DNA of 64,000 bases from Pseudomonadota bacterium. Its GTDB lineage: Bacteria; Pseudomonadota; Alphaproteobacteria; Rhodobacterales; Rhodobacteraceae. The notes under the pieces were generated by a model. The model searched no databases and was not told the DNA's origin. It saw only the letters and a list, made by a program, of their open reading frames with translations. Location of the stretch: positions 3,850-67,849 of the forward strand of contig JBCBCY010000012.1 of assembly GCA_038530285.1 (NCBI GenBank). The letters are read 5' to 3'. Shown here one piece after another: positions 37,688-50,535 of this stretch (positions within the stretch are counted from its first letter, which is position 1; each line of letters begins with the position of its first letter). Made by a program: the position numbers and the translations under genes.

Positions 37688-38398
37688 ATGCGCCCATCCG
37701 GCAGAGCCACCGACGAAATGCGAGCCATTTCTATTGAGACTGACGTGACGCGCCATGCTGAAGGGTCCTGCCTGATCCGTTGTGGCGACACACATGTTTT
37801 GTGCACCGCAAGCGTGGATGCAAAGGTGCCCGGCTGGATGAAAAATTCGGGCCTGGGTTGGGTCACGGCAGAATACGGGATGCTACCACGCGCAACCCAT
37901 ACGCGGATGCGCCGCGAAGCCAAGAATGGTCAATCCGGGCGAACGCAGGAAATTCAACGGCTCATCGGTCGGTCGTTGCGCGCGGGTGTGGACCGTGTCG
38001 CCCTGGGTGAGCGGATGATCACGGTTGATTGCGATGTGATCCAGGCCGATGGCGGAACGCGCTGCGCGTCGATCACCGGGGGTTGGGTGGCCCTGAAGCT
38101 TGCCGTCAACAAGCTGATGAAGGCGGGCGATATCCTGTCGGACCCCCTGACAGATCATGTGGCGGCGGTGTCATGCGGGATCTATGCCGGCCAGACGGTG
38201 CTTGACCTCGACTACCCTGAAGACAGCGAAGCCGGCGTCGATGGCAACTTCGTGATGACGGGCCGCGGCCAGCTTGTGGAAGTGCAAATGTCTGCCGAAG
38301 GGTCGACGTTTTCGCGCGAACAGATGGATGCGTTGATGGATCTGGCAGCTGCAGGGAATGAGGCCCTGGTCACAGCACAAAAGGCTGCCGTTGCATGA
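37688..38398 (+). CDS. rph: Ribonuclease PH
   Basis: 236 aa with [13 protein letters not shown]-terminus, [14 protein letters not shown] and QADGGTR motifs. AAAGGAG RBS. Confidence 0.95.
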   Translation: MRPSGRATDEMRAISIETDVTRHAEGSCLIRCGDTHVLCTASVDAKVPGWMKNSGLGWVTAEYGMLPRATHTRMRREAKNGQSGRTQEIQRLIGRSLRAGVDRVALGERMITVDCDVIQADGGTRCASITGGWVALKLAVNKLMKAGDILSDPLTDHVAAVSCGIYAGQTVLDLDYPEDSEAGVDGNFVMTGRGQLVEVQMSAEGSTFSREQMDALMDLAAAGNEALVTAQKAAVA

Positions 38399-39000
38399 GA
38401 GCGATCGGCGACACCCTGTTGATTGCGAGCCACAACGCGGGCAAGCTTGAAGAGTTCGGCCGCCTGCTGGCACCCATGGGCATCTCCGTCACCGGGGCTG
38501 CGGCCCACAACCTGCCCGAGCCTGTCGAAGACGGCACGACGTTCATCGAAAACGCGCGGATCAAGGCCCATGCGGCAGCCAAGGCCACCGGCCTGCCCGC
38601 GCTTTCAGACGATTCCGGGATCGAGATTGACGCTTTGGGCGGCGCACCCGGCGTCTACACGGCCGATTGGGCCGAAACGGTGGGTGGTCGCGACTTTGTT
38701 TTGGCGATGACGCGGGCGTGGAACGAAATACAGGACTCAGGCGCCACGCCGCCCTTTACCGCGCGCTTCTGCGCCACGTTGGTCATGGCCTGGCCGGACG
38801 GCGAAGACGCGGTGTTCGAAGGTCACGTTTCCGGTCAGGTTGTCTGGCCGATGCGCGGCGAAGAGGGTCACGGCTACGATCCGATCTTCATGCCTGATGG
38901 GTACGATGTAACCTTCGGCGAAATGGCCCGGTGGGAGAAGAACAAGCTGTCCCACCGCGCCGTCGCCTTGCAGAAATTCGCAGCCGCACTTGGCCGTTGA
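38395..39000 (+). CDS. rdgB: Non-canonical purine NTP pyrophosphatase (RdgB/HAM1 family)
   Basis: 201 aa with [11 protein letters not shown] and [20 protein letters not shown]. Start overlaps the rph stop (ATGA). Confidence 0.92.
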   Translation: MRAIGDTLLIASHNAGKLEEFGRLLAPMGISVTGAAAHNLPEPVEDGTTFIENARIKAHAAAKATGLPALSDDSGIEIDALGGAPGVYTADWAETVGGRDFVLAMTRAWNEIQDSGATPPFTARFCATLVMAWPDGEDAVFEGHVSGQVVWPMRGEEGHGYDPIFMPDGYDVTFGEMARWEKNKLSHRAVALQKFAAALGR

Positions 39001-40129
39001 AGACTGGCAGCATGCGGGCTTTGGGCTCTATGTGCATTGGCCGTTTTGTCAGTCGAAGTGCCCCTATTGCGACTTCAATTCCCATGTTGTGGACCGCGTG
39101 GATCAAACCGCCTGGGCTGACGCTTTGGTGGCCGACGTCCGCCGGATCGGCGCCGAATTGGGCCCCCGCCCATTGTCGAGCATTTTTTTCGGCGGTGGCA
39201 CCCCCAGCCTGATGCCCCCCGCGACCGTTGCCGCGGTGATCGATGCCGCGACAGATGTGTTTTCGCCCAGCAACGCGCTTGAGATCACGCTTGAAGCTAA
39301 TCCAACCTCGGTCGAGGCGGAGCGGTTCAAGGGCTACCGAACTGCGGGCGTGAACCGGGTGTCATTGGGGGTGCAGGCGCTGAATGACCCGGATCTGCGC
39401 GCTTTGGGCCGACTTCATTCGGTGGCCGAAGCCCGCGCGGCCATTGATCTGGCGCAATCCACCTTCGCCCGGGCGAGCTTCGACCTGATCTATGCGCGCC
39501 AACATCAAAGCCTGTCAGATTGGGACGCTGAGCTGACCGAGGCGGTGAACATCGGCACCGATCACCTGTCGCTTTATCAGCTGACGGTTGAACCTGGCAC
39601 CGCGTTTGGTGCACGCCATGCACGTGGCGGGCTGGGCGGGCTACCTGGTGAAGACCTGTCGGCGGACATGTACGCCTTGACCCAATCGGTGTGTGACGCA
39701 GCCGGAATGCCCGCGTATGAGATATCAAATCACGCCCGTCCCGGCGCAGAATGTATTCACAATAAAATTTACTGGCAGTCTGGCGATTACGCAGGTGTCG
39801 GCCCTGGCGCCCATGGACGTCTGACGCTGAACGGCACGCGCTTTGCCACCGAAGCGCCCCGTGACCCTACAACCTGGCTGCGCGCGGCCAACTCCCAGGC
39901 CGCTGAAACGCGGGAAACCATTCCAGACGACGCCCGGCTGGAAGAAGCTGTTATGATGGGGCTGAGAACCACACAAGGTATTGATTTAAATAGGATAAGT
40001 GAAAATTCGCTTTCTCGGGTCGATGCCCTGTGCGCCGATGGTTGGCTCGTGGCCCGTGATGGCCGCCTGGCTGCGACATCAGCTGGGCGCCCAGTCTTGA
40101 ACGAAATCCTGCGCCAGCTTTTGGCCTAG
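38990..40129 (+). CDS. hemW: Radical SAM heme chaperone HemW (coproporphyrinogen III oxidase-like)
   Basis: 379 aa with the radical SAM cluster motif [13 protein letters not shown] start at 38990 overlaps the rdgB end. Conserved rph-rdgB-hemW order. Confidence 0.88.
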   Translation: MAVEDWQHAGFGLYVHWPFCQSKCPYCDFNSHVVDRVDQTAWADALVADVRRIGAELGPRPLSSIFFGGGTPSLMPPATVAAVIDAATDVFSPSNALEITLEANPTSVEAERFKGYRTAGVNRVSLGVQALNDPDLRALGRLHSVAEARAAIDLAQSTFARASFDLIYARQHQSLSDWDAELTEAVNIGTDHLSLYQLTVEPGTAFGARHARGGLGGLPGEDLSADMYALTQSVCDAAGMPAYEISNHARPGAECIHNKIYWQSGDYAGVGPGAHGRLTLNGTRFATEAPRDPTTWLRAANSQAAETRETIPDDARLEEAVMMGLRTTQGIDLNRISENSLSRVDALCADGWLVARDGRLAATSAGRPVLNEILRQLLA

Positions 40130-41022
40130 CGCGCGCTTGAAAGCTTCGACACCAGGCCGTCAAGCTCTTCCAGCGACCGGTATTTGATCGATACGGTGCC
40201 CGCCTCGCCCACGTGATTGATCGACACCTTCAGCCCCAAGGCAGCCGACAAGTCAGCTTCCAGCGCCCTTGTGTCAGCGTCCTTGTCGGGCGCAGCTTTC
40301 GGTGACTTATTGGTTGTGGCGGGGCCCTTGGCGAGCTTTTCGGTCTCGCGCACGCTCAAGCCCCTTGCGATCACAATCTGCGCCAAGGCGGCCGGATCAT
40401 CCGATGTGATCAATGCGCGCGCGTGGCCCGCACTTAGACGGCCTTCGCTCAGGTGATCCTGAACAGCCTCCGGCAAGCCCAAAAGACGCATCGAATTCGC
40501 GATATGGCTTCGGCTTTTGCCCAGGGCTTCGGCCATTTGTTCTTGGGTGTGGCCAAACTTCTCGATCAGTTGCCGATAACCCAAACCTTCTTCAATCGGG
40601 TTGAGGTCGGCGCGCTGAATGTTTTCGATGATCGCGACTTCCAGAACCTCCGTGTCTGAAAAGCTGCGAATGACAACGGGCACCTCGTGAAGCTGTGCCT
40701 TTTGGGCGGCCCGCCAGCGACGCTCTCCTGCGACGATTTCGTAGTGATCGGATTTGCTCGGGTGGGGCCGGACAATCAGTGGCTGGATGACGCCCTTTTG
40801 TGCAACCGACTGGGCAAGCTCAGCCAATGCACCATCTACGAAACGACGGCGTGGCTGGTCCGGATTGGGTAGCAGCCGCTCCACCGGCAGCATGCGATCC
40901 GGCCGCGATGGCGCACCCCCATCGTTCGGCCGCGCTGCGTCTTCCGTCGTGGTACCAACATCCGCCATAAGGGCAGAAAGCCCCCGGCCCAATCCGCGCT
41001 TTTCCGACTTTGGCTGTGCCAT
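40126..41022 (-). CDS. parB: Chromosome partitioning protein ParB
   Basis: 298 aa with GLGRGLSAL, the NPDQPRRRF box and an HTH region. Downstream of parA. Confidence 0.95.
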   Translation of the reverse strand: MAQPKSEKRGLGRGLSALMADVGTTTEDAARPNDGGAPSRPDRMLPVERLLPNPDQPRRRFVDGALAELAQSVAQKGVIQPLIVRPHPSKSDHYEIVAGERRWRAAQKAQLHEVPVVIRSFSDTEVLEVAIIENIQRADLNPIEEGLGYRQLIEKFGHTQEQMAEALGKSRSHIANSMRLLGLPEAVQDHLSEGRLSAGHARALITSDDPAALAQIVIARGLSVRETEKLAKGPATTNKSPKAAPDKDADTRALEADLSAALGLKVSINHVGEAGTVSIKYRSLEELDGLVSKLSSAR

Positions 41023-41044
41023 CTCTACCTCATGTAGCGTATCT

Positions 41045-41839
41045 TTACGTCTTATATACTATCTCTTGTGCCAACGCGCGATAGGCAATGCTGCCTTTCG
41101 ACATCGGGTCGTATTCAACCACCGGCAGCGCGAAAGACGGCGCCTCACTGACCCGGACGTTCCGCGGCACCTTGGTTTTGAACACCAGCTCACCCAAAGT
41201 ATCCCGCGCGTCTTTCTCAACCATCTGGCTGAGACGGTTGCGTCCGTCATACATCGTCAGCACAACCCCTTCGATCCGCAGGTCCGGATTTGCGGTCGCG
41301 CGCACCTGGCGGATTGTCAGCATCAATTGCGACAGCCCTTCCAGCGCAAAGAACTCACTTTGTAACGGCACCAAGATCGAATCCGATGCCACCATTGCGT
41401 TGATCGTCAACATCGACAGCGATGGGGGGCAATCGATCAGAATGTAATCCAGGCTATATCGATCTAGCGCTGGATCGCGCAGCGCTTCCCGAAGAACAAA
41501 GCTTCGCCGTTCGTTTTCGACCATCTCGAAATCGGCGGAGCTGAGGTCGGTCGTCGCCGGCGCCAAAAGCAAACCGTCGACATTCGTCGGACGCACCACC
41601 TTGTCGACGGGTGCGTCATCAAGCAGCAAGTCATAGGTTGTCAGTCCGCGATCACGCGCGTCAGCGCCCAGCCCGGTTGAGGCATTGCCTTGAGGGTCAA
41701 GGTCCACCAGCAGAACATTCAGTCCTTCCTCCGCCAATGCCGCACCCAGGTTGATCGCCGTCGTCGTTTTTCCGACACCGCCTTTTTGGTTTGCGATGGC
41801 GACGATTTTCGTCGGCTTTTGCCTTTGGGGGTCAGGCAC
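41045..41839 (-). CDS. parA: Chromosome partitioning ATPase ParA
   Basis: 264 aa with the deviant Walker [10 protein letters not shown] and [10 protein letters not shown]. Confidence 0.95.
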   Translation of the reverse strand: MPDPQRQKPTKIVAIANQKGGVGKTTTAINLGAALAEEGLNVLLVDLDPQGNASTGLGADARDRGLTTYDLLLDDAPVDKVVRPTNVDGLLLAPATTDLSSADFEMVENERRSFVLREALRDPALDRYSLDYILIDCPPSLSMLTINAMVASDSILVPLQSEFFALEGLSQLMLTIRQVRATANPDLRIEGVVLTMYDGRNRLSQMVEKDARDTLGELVFKTKVPRNVRVSEAPSFALPVVEYDPMSKGSIAYRALAQEIVYKT

Positions 41840-42425
41840 GGTTGACGTCTCCGATGCTCAGAATGACGCCGCTGGCGTCGGTTTCGCTGGGGTGGTTTTC
41901 GCAGGCGAACGTCCAGCGTTCAAGCGCTTCGTCGATTTCTAGCTGCGCCTTTTGTCCTTTCAGGAAAAGTGCGGTGCCACCGGCCGATAAATGCCGCTCG
42001 GCATACCCCAAAAGATCTGTCAGCGATGCCAAGGCGCGCGCAGAAACCACATCTGCGCCAAAAGGGTCCAGGTGTTCGATTCGCCCATGAACCACGCGGG
42101 CTGACGTTCCTGTCTCACGCAACGCGCTGCGCAGAAAGGCGCACTTCCGGGCGTCGCTTTCAACAAGCACAACCTCGCGGTCCGGATCGTTATTGGCAAG
42201 AATTGCAATCACGAGACCGGGCAGGCCACCGCCGCTCCCAAGATCCAGCCATCGCCGCCACCCGGGCGGACCAAGATCATAAAGCTGCACGGAATCTTCG
42301 ATGTGCCGTTTCCAAAGATCCGGAACGCTGGACGCGCTGATCAGGTTTATTTTCTTCGTCCATGTGGTCAGAAGCTGAGCGTAGGCCTCCAACTTTTGGT
42401 GCGTTTCACGTGAAACATCGATCAC
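41832..42425 (-). CDS. rsmG: 16S rRNA (guanine527-N7)-methyltransferase RsmG (GidB)
   Basis: 197 aa with [15 protein letters not shown] motif. Position between mnmG and parA. Confidence 0.92.
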   Translation of the reverse strand: MIDVSRETHQKLEAYAQLLTTWTKKINLISASSVPDLWKRHIEDSVQLYDLGPPGWRRWLDLGSGGGLPGLVIAILANNDPDREVVLVESDARKCAFLRSALRETGTSARVVHGRIEHLDPFGADVVSARALASLTDLLGYAERHLSAGGTALFLKGQKAQLEIDEALERWTFACENHPSETDASGVILSIGDVNRA

Positions 42426-44293
42426 GCGCTCCGGCGCTCCATCATGCGAAGCCTGGCCAAAAGTATCGTCAGCGCGGCGGGGGTCATCCCCTCAACCCGC
42501 CCCGCCTGGCCAAGCGTCTCAGGCCGAACACGCGACAGCTTCTCGCGCAATTCTGCCGACAACCCCTCCACCGCATGGTAGTCAAACGCCTTAGATATCG
42601 GGTGCATTTCGTCCCGTGCCAGCGCTTCAACATCGCGCCTCTGACGATCCAGATAACCAGCATAGGTGGCTTCTTTCTCAATCTGGGCCCGAACGTCGGA
42701 CGGATGCATCGCGATCTCCTCCGACAATGAAGCCAGCATTGCGTAGTCGATATTCGGAAACCCCAAGTACTCCATAGCAGCCCGGCGCCCGCCATCTTGC
42801 GCAATCTCTGCACCCACCTGCGCCAAATCTTTCGGAGTCAGGGAAATCCGCGCGAGATCTGTGCGCGCGCGATCTAATGCATCAGTTTTCTCGTCAAAAC
42901 GACGCTGACGCTCGGCCGAGACCAGGCCCAAATTAATACCTAACGGCGTCAGGCGTTGATCAGCGTTGTCTGCCCGCAAGGAAAGCCGGAATTCGGCGCG
43001 CGAGGTGAACATCCTATAAGGCTCCGTGACGCCCCGCGTGGTCAGATCGTCCACCATCACGCCGATATAAGCCTCATGCCTGCCGAATGTGACGGGCGGC
43101 AAATCCTGAGCGGCACGCGCCGCATTTACGCCCGCAACCAACCCTTGTGCAGCAGCTTCTTCATAGCCCGTGGTGCCGTTGATCTGTCCTGCTAGGTACA
43201 GCCCCTTGATATCCTGAAGCTCCAACGCTTGCGACAAGGCCTTGGGGTCCACGTAGTCGTATTCAATCGCGTATCCGGGCTGTTCGATCACCACGTTTTC
43301 GAGCCCCGCAATCGTGTGGACGTAAGCTGCCTGCACATCTTCGGGCAGTGACGTCGAGATTCCATTGGGATAAACCGTATGGGTTGTCAGGCCTTCTGGC
43401 TCAAGAAATATCTGATGGGCGTTCTTTTCGGCAAAGCGCACGATCTTGTCTTCAATCGACGGACAATAACGGGGGCCAACCCCGTCAATGTGACCGCCAT
43501 ACATAGCCGAACGCTCAAGGTTCTCTCTTACGATCTGATGCGTTTCAGCATTTGTTTCGGTGATTGCGCAGGAAATCTGCCGGGCTGCAGGCCGTTCGGT
43601 GAGAAACGAGAACACCTCGGGTTCGTCGTCGCCCGGCTGTGGTACCGTTTTTGACCAATCAATTGTGCGGCCATCCAGACGGGGCGGTGTGCCCGTTTTC
43701 AACCGTCCAAGGGGCAAACCGAAATCATCCATCCGCTCCGCCAATCGGATGGCGGGACGGTCCCCGATACGGCCTGCGGGGCGCGAAACATCTCCGATAT
43801 GGATCATTCCCCGCAAGAATGTGCCCGTCGTCAAAACAACCGCTGCTGCTGTAAGCCGGGCACCGTCTGCCAACTCGAGCCCTAGGACGCGGTCGCCGTC
43901 CATCACAAAATCGACGGCCTCACCTTCGACAATCGTTAGGCCAGGCAATTGACCAAGCGCGCTTTGCACTGCCGCCTTGTATAGGGCGCGATCAGCCTGT
44001 GCGCGTGGACCTTGCACCGCGGGCCCCTTTCGCCGGTTCAGCAGACGAAACTGGATCCCGGCAGCATCAGCGGCCAACCCCATAATCCCGCCAAGCGCAT
44101 CAATCTCGCGCACGAGGTGGCCTTTCCCGAGCCCGCCGATGGCCGGATTGCACGACATCACGCCAATCGCGTCTTGGCGCAATGTGACCAGCGCGACCGC
44201 AACACCAAGACGCGCGGCCGCCGCGGCCGCCTCAACGCCAGCGTGCCCGCCACCAACAACCAGAACGTCAAAGTCGCGTTTCACGTGAAACAC
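42422..44293 (-). CDS. mnmG: tRNA uridine-5-carboxymethylaminomethyl synthesis enzyme MnmG (GidA)
   Basis: 623 aa with FAD motif [12 protein letters not shown] and conserved [21 protein letters not shown]. Confidence 0.97.
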   Translation of the reverse strand: MFHVKRDFDVLVVGGGHAGVEAAAAAARLGVAVALVTLRQDAIGVMSCNPAIGGLGKGHLVREIDALGGIMGLAADAAGIQFRLLNRRKGPAVQGPRAQADRALYKAAVQSALGQLPGLTIVEGEAVDFVMDGDRVLGLELADGARLTAAAVVLTTGTFLRGMIHIGDVSRPAGRIGDRPAIRLAERMDDFGLPLGRLKTGTPPRLDGRTIDWSKTVPQPGDDEPEVFSFLTERPAARQISCAITETNAETHQIVRENLERSAMYGGHIDGVGPRYCPSIEDKIVRFAEKNAHQIFLEPEGLTTHTVYPNGISTSLPEDVQAAYVHTIAGLENVVIEQPGYAIEYDYVDPKALSQALELQDIKGLYLAGQINGTTGYEEAAAQGLVAGVNAARAAQDLPPVTFGRHEAYIGVMVDDLTTRGVTEPYRMFTSRAEFRLSLRADNADQRLTPLGINLGLVSAERQRRFDEKTDALDRARTDLARISLTPKDLAQVGAEIAQDGGRRAAMEYLGFPNIDYAMLASLSEEIAMHPSDVRAQIEKEATYAGYLDRQRRDVEALARDEMHPISKAFDYHAVEGLSAELREKLSRVRPETLGQAGRVEGMTPAALTILLARLRMMERRSA

Positions 44294-44295
44294 CC

Positions 44296-45573
44296 CTACT
44301 TTCCAATACAGAAGCTCGAGAAGATATCATCGAGCAGATTTTCCACGTCGACACGACCCACAAGTCGTTCCAAGGCCCGCATGGCAGACCTGATATCTTC
44401 AGCCGCCGCTTCAACCCGTTCGGGGTGGTTCTTTAACAGCGCTTGCGCATTTTCCAAAGCCTTCAAAGCGGTGTCCGCATCAACTCTGTGACGTTCGCGG
44501 TCAAAGATGCCGGCAGATTGCGTCATACCAGACAGCCGCTGCCCAATCTCTTCCAGCAGGGCGTCAACGCCTGCGCCAGATTTTCCCGATATACCGTCTG
44601 CCAAACCCGTTGACCCATCCGATTTGGCCAAAACATTGATATCCTGTGGCCCCCCGCTCGGTGGGTCCGTCAGAAACAGCCCAACCCGCAGATCCGCCGC
44701 CGCGGCGCGCTTGCGCGCAATCTCCACCCCAATCCTCTCTACCGGATCATCCGTGTCGCGCAATCCGGCCGTATCAAGCAGGGTTACGGGCAGGCCAGCG
44801 ATCTCCATCCGCACCTCGATGATATCGCGCGTCGTTCCGGCATATTCCGATGTGATTGCCGCTTCGCGCCCTGCCAGACGGTTCAGAAGCGTTGACTTAC
44901 CGACATTCGGCGCGCCGACAATGGCCACCTCAAACCCCTGCCGAATACGTTCCCCGGCCGCGGCGCCCACTACATTGTCCGCCAGCGAAGCCCCCACTGA
45001 TGAGGTCAACTCCAAGACCTCATCGCTCAAATCCTCCGGCACATCTTCGTCGGCGAAATCAATTGTCGCTTCCAATAGTGCCGCTGCACGGATGAGGTCC
45101 CGCCGCCACACCTCAACCAGATCTGCGACAGCACCACCCAACGACCGAAGCGCGCGTTGCCGCTGGGCATCCGTCTCAGCTTCAATCAGGTCCGAAAGCC
45201 CTTCGACCTGTGCGAGGTCAAGCCGGTTGTTTTCCAACGCCCGCCGGGTGAACTCGCCCGCCTCGGCTGGACGGCACCCAGGCTCTTGCGACAAGGCCCG
45301 CAGCACGGCGGCCTGGGTCGCGATACTCCCGTGCAGATGCCATTCGGCTGCCGTCTCTCCCGTGAAGCTCTTGCTCTGTTCAAAAATGACAACCAACGCT
45401 TCATCTAGCAGTCCGCCGTCGCGATCTTTCAGGGCCCGCAGGCCCATCTCACGCGGGGGCGGCAATGCACCGCCAAAGGCTTCTGTCACGCCATGCGATA
45501 ACGGCCCCGACAAACGGAGCACAGCCACACCAGCTTTCCCTGGCGCGGTGGAAATCGCAAAGATTGTGTCCAT
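44296..45573 (-). CDS. mnmE: tRNA modification GTPase MnmE (TrmE)
   Basis: 425 aa. [24 protein letters not shown]-terminus, G1 motif [12 protein letters not shown], and C-terminal CIGK. Confidence 0.96.
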   Translation of the reverse strand: MDTIFAISTAPGKAGVAVLRLSGPLSHGVTEAFGGALPPPREMGLRALKDRDGGLLDEALVVIFEQSKSFTGETAAEWHLHGSIATQAAVLRALSQEPGCRPAEAGEFTRRALENNRLDLAQVEGLSDLIEAETDAQRQRALRSLGGAVADLVEVWRRDLIRAAALLEATIDFADEDVPEDLSDEVLELTSSVGASLADNVVGAAAGERIRQGFEVAIVGAPNVGKSTLLNRLAGREAAITSEYAGTTRDIIEVRMEIAGLPVTLLDTAGLRDTDDPVERIGVEIARKRAAAADLRVGLFLTDPPSGGPQDINVLAKSDGSTGLADGISGKSGAGVDALLEEIGQRLSGMTQSAGIFDRERHRVDADTALKALENAQALLKNHPERVEAAAEDIRSAMRALERLVGRVDVENLLDDIFSSFCIGK

Positions 45574-45594
45574 TTCCCGTGAATTATCAACAGG

Positions 45595-46866
<1,272 letters not shown>

Positions 46867-46974
46867 GATATTCTCCGCACCCGTCAGGGCGCATATGTTC
46901 TGTCATTTGGAAACAACCGATCGGACGACCGGCGAGGCTCAGATAGGAAGTTTAGGCGGCTGAGTCAAACGCAC

Positions 46975-47427
46975 TCAGAACGGGCGCGCGATGACCGAAA
47001 CCACAATGATGATCAAAAGTACGGTTGGCACTTCGTTCATCAGCCGGTAGCGGCGCCCGGTCAGTGTGTTGGTCCCGGCCAAGAAACCCTTGCGCCGCGC
47101 GCCCAGCCACATGTGAAACCAGGTCATCGCAAGGATTGAGACGAACTTCATCCAGGGCCAGACAGCACCCCAATCTATGATACCAGGCGTCGCCACAAGG
47201 ATCAGACCAAATAGCCAGGAGGCCATCATCGCCGGGTTCATGATGGCTTTCAGTAACCGACGCTCCATCGTTTGGAACATCACATCCGCTTCACTGCCTG
47301 TACTCACCTGTTCAACGTGATAGACGAACAAGCGCGGCAGATAGAACAGCCCGGCCATCCACGCGATTACTGAGATCACATGCAGGCTTTTGATCCACGG
47401 ATAGGCAGATGCGAGAAGGTCACCCAT
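46975..47427 (-). CDS. hemJ: Protoporphyrinogen IX oxidase HemJ (CopD/UPF0093 family membrane protein)
   Basis: 150 aa with 4-5 TM segments and the N-terminal WIKSLHVISVIAWMAGLFYLPRLFVYH block characteristic of HemJ. Strong AAGGAGGAG RBS. Confidence 0.85.
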   Translation of the reverse strand: MGDLLASAYPWIKSLHVISVIAWMAGLFYLPRLFVYHVEQVSTGSEADVMFQTMERRLLKAIMNPAMMASWLFGLILVATPGIIDWGAVWPWMKFVSILAMTWFHMWLGARRKGFLAGTNTLTGRRYRLMNEVPTVLLIIIVVSVIARPF

Positions 47428-47821
47428 GGCTCCTCCTTATATATAAATATCTTTTTAAGAAAGATGATGAGTCTGTAGGGCCTGTGGGCGATGTGGATTA
47501 ACGGTTTATGAACAGATTCGGACCCAGCGGGAGAAGTTTGATCCAGCACTGGGGGATATTGGGCAAAACTTGTTCCGCGATAATTTTATTGTTTTTTATC
47601 AAAGCTTAAACCACCGTACGACCTGTATAAATCTGTGCATATCCCGCCGTGAAATTGGGATAATAGTATTATCCCCCAGCCCCCTCTTCAGCCTGTCCAC
47701 CGTGGACAGAACAGCGACAACTTCCTAGAAACCTGTGAGAGTTTGGGTTGGGTAAAAAGAGGTGTCGGATGTCCACGCATTTGCAAAAAATAGACACCGG
47801 CTTTTCCCCAAGGTTGTCCCG
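47428..47821. other. Candidate chromosomal replication origin (oriC)
   Basis: 394-bp non-coding gap, visibly AT-rich relative to its flanks (for example TATATATAAATATCTTTTTAAGAAAGATGATGA and GATAATTTTATTGTTTTTTATCAAAGC). DnaA-box-like 9-mer TGTGGATTA at 47492-47500 (one mismatch to TGTGGATAA). Palindromes GGGATAATA-G-TATTATCCC (47657-47675) and CTGTCCAC-C-GTGGACAG (47693-47709), and a further TGTCCAC at about 47770. GANTC sites at 47469 and 47515. The flanking synteny parAB-rsmG-mnmGE-rho-hem gene | maf-aroE-coaE-dnaQ matches known alphaproteobacterial origins. Genes diverge from this gap: all minus strand on the left, all plus strand on the right. Confidence 0.75.
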
Positions 47822-48421
47822 ATGACCCAAAACCTCGTACTCGCGTCCGGGTCGCAGGCGCGGCAGGATATGTTGCGCTCAGTGAACCTAGACTTTGAAG
47901 TCGTGCCTGCCAAGGTGGATGAGGCGGCGATCAAAGACGCACTCTTGGCGGAAGGGGCGCCCCCCCGCGACATCGCCGATGCGCTGGCTGAAGCCAAAGC
48001 CCAGAAGGTCAGTTTGAAGCGCCCCGGTTGTCTGGTACTTGGCTGCGATCAGGTTTTGGCGCACGACGGGACCATTCTGTCAAAACCTAAAGCCCGTGAG
48101 GATGCAGCCAACCATTTGCGCCGCCTCGCCGATGACCGCCACCAACTTTTGTCCGCGATCGTTGCATCTGAAGACGGCAAGCCGGTCTGGCGACATGTGG
48201 GTGTTGTGCGTTTGCGGATGCGGCCTGTGTCTGAGGCGTACCTGTCCCAATACCTTGATCGGAACTGGCCGGCCGTAGGTAACGCGGTTGGTGCCTATCA
48301 TTTGGAAGGTGAAGGAGCGCGGTTGTTTGTCAGCATTGAGGGTGATTACTTCTCTGTGCTGGGATTGCCGCTTTTGCCGCTTTTGTCCTGGCTGGCGATG
48401 AGGGGGACAATCGAGACATGA
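47822..48421 (+). CDS. maf: Maf family nucleoside triphosphate pyrophosphatase
   Basis: ATG at 47822 ([18 protein letters not shown]...) gives a typical Maf N-terminus, with the LGCDQV block. The track ORF starts at a GTG at 47762. Confidence 0.9.
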   Translation: MTQNLVLASGSQARQDMLRSVNLDFEVVPAKVDEAAIKDALLAEGAPPRDIADALAEAKAQKVSLKRPGCLVLGCDQVLAHDGTILSKPKAREDAANHLRRLADDRHQLLSAIVASEDGKPVWRHVGVVRLRMRPVSEAYLSQYLDRNWPAVGNAVGAYHLEGEGARLFVSIEGDYFSVLGLPLLPLLSWLAMRGTIET

Positions 48422-49254
48422 GCGACAAGCGAATTCCCCTTGCGGGCGTGATTGGGTCGCCCATCGCCCATTCAAAATCGCCGCTTCTGCATCGGCACTG
48501 GCTGCGCACATATGGTATTCGCGGGCATTACATCCCTATGGATATCGCCAGCGAAGATCTGGAAGAGGCGTTTCGCACGCTTCCAAAGCTGGGGTTCGTC
48601 GGCGTGAATGTCACCATCCCCCACAAAGAGCGGATGCTGGACCTTGCGGATCTGATTACGGATCGCGCGGCTTTGATGGGGGCGGCAAACACGATCATCT
48701 TCCGGCGGGATGGTAAGATTCATGCCGACAACACCGATGGCTACGGGTTTATCGAAAACCTGAGACAGGGCGCGCCGGACTGGGCGCCAAAGTCTGGCCC
48801 GGCGGCCGTGATTGGGGCGGGCGGCGCTGCGCGGGCTGTCATCGCGTCACTTCTGGAAGCGGGCGTGCCAGAAGTGCGGCTGACCAACCGGACCCGCGCC
48901 CGGGCCGATGGGCTGAAGGCAGAATTCGGATCCAAGGTTACTGTTTACGATTGGGTGTCGGCGGGCAATGCGATCGACGGGGCGAAAACCGTGGTCAATG
49001 CAAGCTCGCTTGGAATGACGGGCAAGCCCACGTTTCGGGTGCCGCTTGATGGGCTGTCAAAGGACGCCACGGTCACTGATCTGGTGTACACGCCGCTGGA
49101 CACGCCGCTTTTGACCGCCGCCAGGGACATCGGCTGTCACACGGTTGATGGGTTGGGCATGCTGTTGCACCAGGCCGTGCCTGCGTTTGAGCGTTGGTTT
49201 GGACACCGCCCTGCCGTGGATGAGGCTTTGCGCAAGATCATGTTGGGGCCATGA
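48418..49254 (+). CDS. aroE: Shikimate dehydrogenase
   Basis: 278 aa with [30 protein letters not shown] and GAGGAARAV motifs. Confidence 0.95.
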   Translation: MSDKRIPLAGVIGSPIAHSKSPLLHRHWLRTYGIRGHYIPMDIASEDLEEAFRTLPKLGFVGVNVTIPHKERMLDLADLITDRAALMGAANTIIFRRDGKIHADNTDGYGFIENLRQGAPDWAPKSGPAAVIGAGGAARAVIASLLEAGVPEVRLTNRTRARADGLKAEFGSKVTVYDWVSAGNAIDGAKTVVNASSLGMTGKPTFRVPLDGLSKDATVTDLVYTPLDTPLLTAARDIGCHTVDGLGMLLHQAVPAFERWFGHRPAVDEALRKIMLGP

Positions 49255-49847
49255 GCGGTCTTTTTCGTCTGGGGCTGACGGGCTCGATTGGCATGGGCAA
49301 GTCGACCACGGCGGCGATGTTTGCCGATGAAGGCGTGCCCGTTTGGGATGCAGATGCAGTTGTGCAACGTCTTTACAGCCCAGGGGGTCCGGCGGGCCCA
49401 ATGTTGGAACAGGCCTTTCCAGGAACTTTGCGCCCAGATGGGCAGGTCGACCGCGCGGTGTTGCGCGCCCTGGTGGCGGATGACCCCGGCGTTCTGGACA
49501 AGATCAATGCCATCGTGCACCCCATGGTCGCAGCCGACCGCGCTGCATTTTTGGCCCGGCACCAGCGGCTTGTGCTTCTGGACATCCCACTTTTGTTTGA
49601 AACCGGGCTTGAAGGCGAATGTGACGCGGTCGTCGTGGTCTCAACCGATAAGGCAACGCAAAAGGCGCGCGTTTTGGCCCGGGGTACGATGACCCAGGCA
49701 GATTTCGACGCAATTTTGTCGCGTCAAATGCCTGATGCGGAAAAGCGCGCCCGGGCGGATTACGTGATACCGACTGATAACCTCGACGGCGCGCGCCAGG
49801 CGGTGAAAGATGTGATTGCGAAGATTAAAGGGGGCGAAGATGCGTGA
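49251..49847 (+). CDS. coaE: Dephospho-CoA kinase
   Basis: 198 aa with P-loop GLTGSIGMGKST and the DIPLLFE block. Confidence 0.95.
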   Translation: MSGLFRLGLTGSIGMGKSTTAAMFADEGVPVWDADAVVQRLYSPGGPAGPMLEQAFPGTLRPDGQVDRAVLRALVADDPGVLDKINAIVHPMVAADRAAFLARHQRLVLLDIPLLFETGLEGECDAVVVVSTDKATQKARVLARGTMTQADFDAILSRQMPDAEKRARADYVIPTDNLDGARQAVKDVIAKIKGGEDA

Positions 49848-50535
49848 AATCGTACTTGATACCGAGACCACCGGGTTTGACCCCCAAAGCGGCGACCGGA
49901 TCGTGGAAATCGGCGCGGTTGAGCTAGAGCGTCATATGCCCACTGGCAAAACCTTCCATGTCTACATTAACCCCGAACGCGCGATGCCCGAAGACGCCTT
50001 TGCCGTGCACGGGCTGGGCGATGACTTCCTGCGCGACAAGCCGAAGTTTGCTGCCGTGGGACAGGGTTTTTTGGATTTCATCGGCACGGCGGATCTGGTG
50101 ATCCACAATGCGGCCTTTGATATGAAATTTCTGAATGCAGAACTGAAATGGGCCGGATTAGAGACGATTCCCTACGACCGCGCGGTCGACACGCTCGAAA
50201 TAGCACGGAAAAAATTTCCCGGCTCGCCGGCGTCTTTGGATGCCCTTTGCCGCCGCTTCGGGATCGATAATTCTGCCCGAACGCTGCACGGCGCCTTACT
50301 GGACAGCGAAATCCTGGCCGAGGTGTATCTGGAACTGATCGGGGGGCGTCAACCGGACTTCGCATTGGTGGAAAACCGCACAGCGCAGACAAGCGCGGTT
50401 GAAGTGGGCGCCCCGGCTGCCACGCGCCCTGCCCCGCTTGCACCGCGTTTAACGCCTGAAGAAGAGGCCGCCCATTCCGCCCTTGTCGATGAAATGGGCG
50501 ACGCCGCGCTTTGGAAGCGCAGTTCGGTTAATTGA
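49840..50535 (+). CDS. dnaQ: DNA polymerase III subunit epsilon (3'-5' proofreading exonuclease)
   Basis: ExoI VLDTETTG, ExoII HNAAFD and ExoIII HGALLDSEILAEVY. ATG at 49840 overlaps the coaE end. Confidence 0.95.
   Translation: MREIVLDTETTGFDPQSGDRIVEIGAVELERHMPTGKTFHVYINPERAMPEDAFAVHGLGDDFLRDKPKFAAVGQGFLDFIGTADLVIHNAAFDMKFLNAELKWAGLETIPYDRAVDTLEIARKKFPGSPASLDALCRRFGIDNSARTLHGALLDSEILAEVYLELIGGRQPDFALVENRTAQTSAVEVGAPAATRPAPLAPRLTPEEEAAHSALVDEMGDAALWKRSSVN

Noticed and set aside
46867-46974. Hairpin CTGAGT-N7-ACTCAG at the hemJ/rho junction as a terminator
   Set aside because: No U-tract follows it on either strand. It may be part of the rho leader, but I cannot support a specific call.
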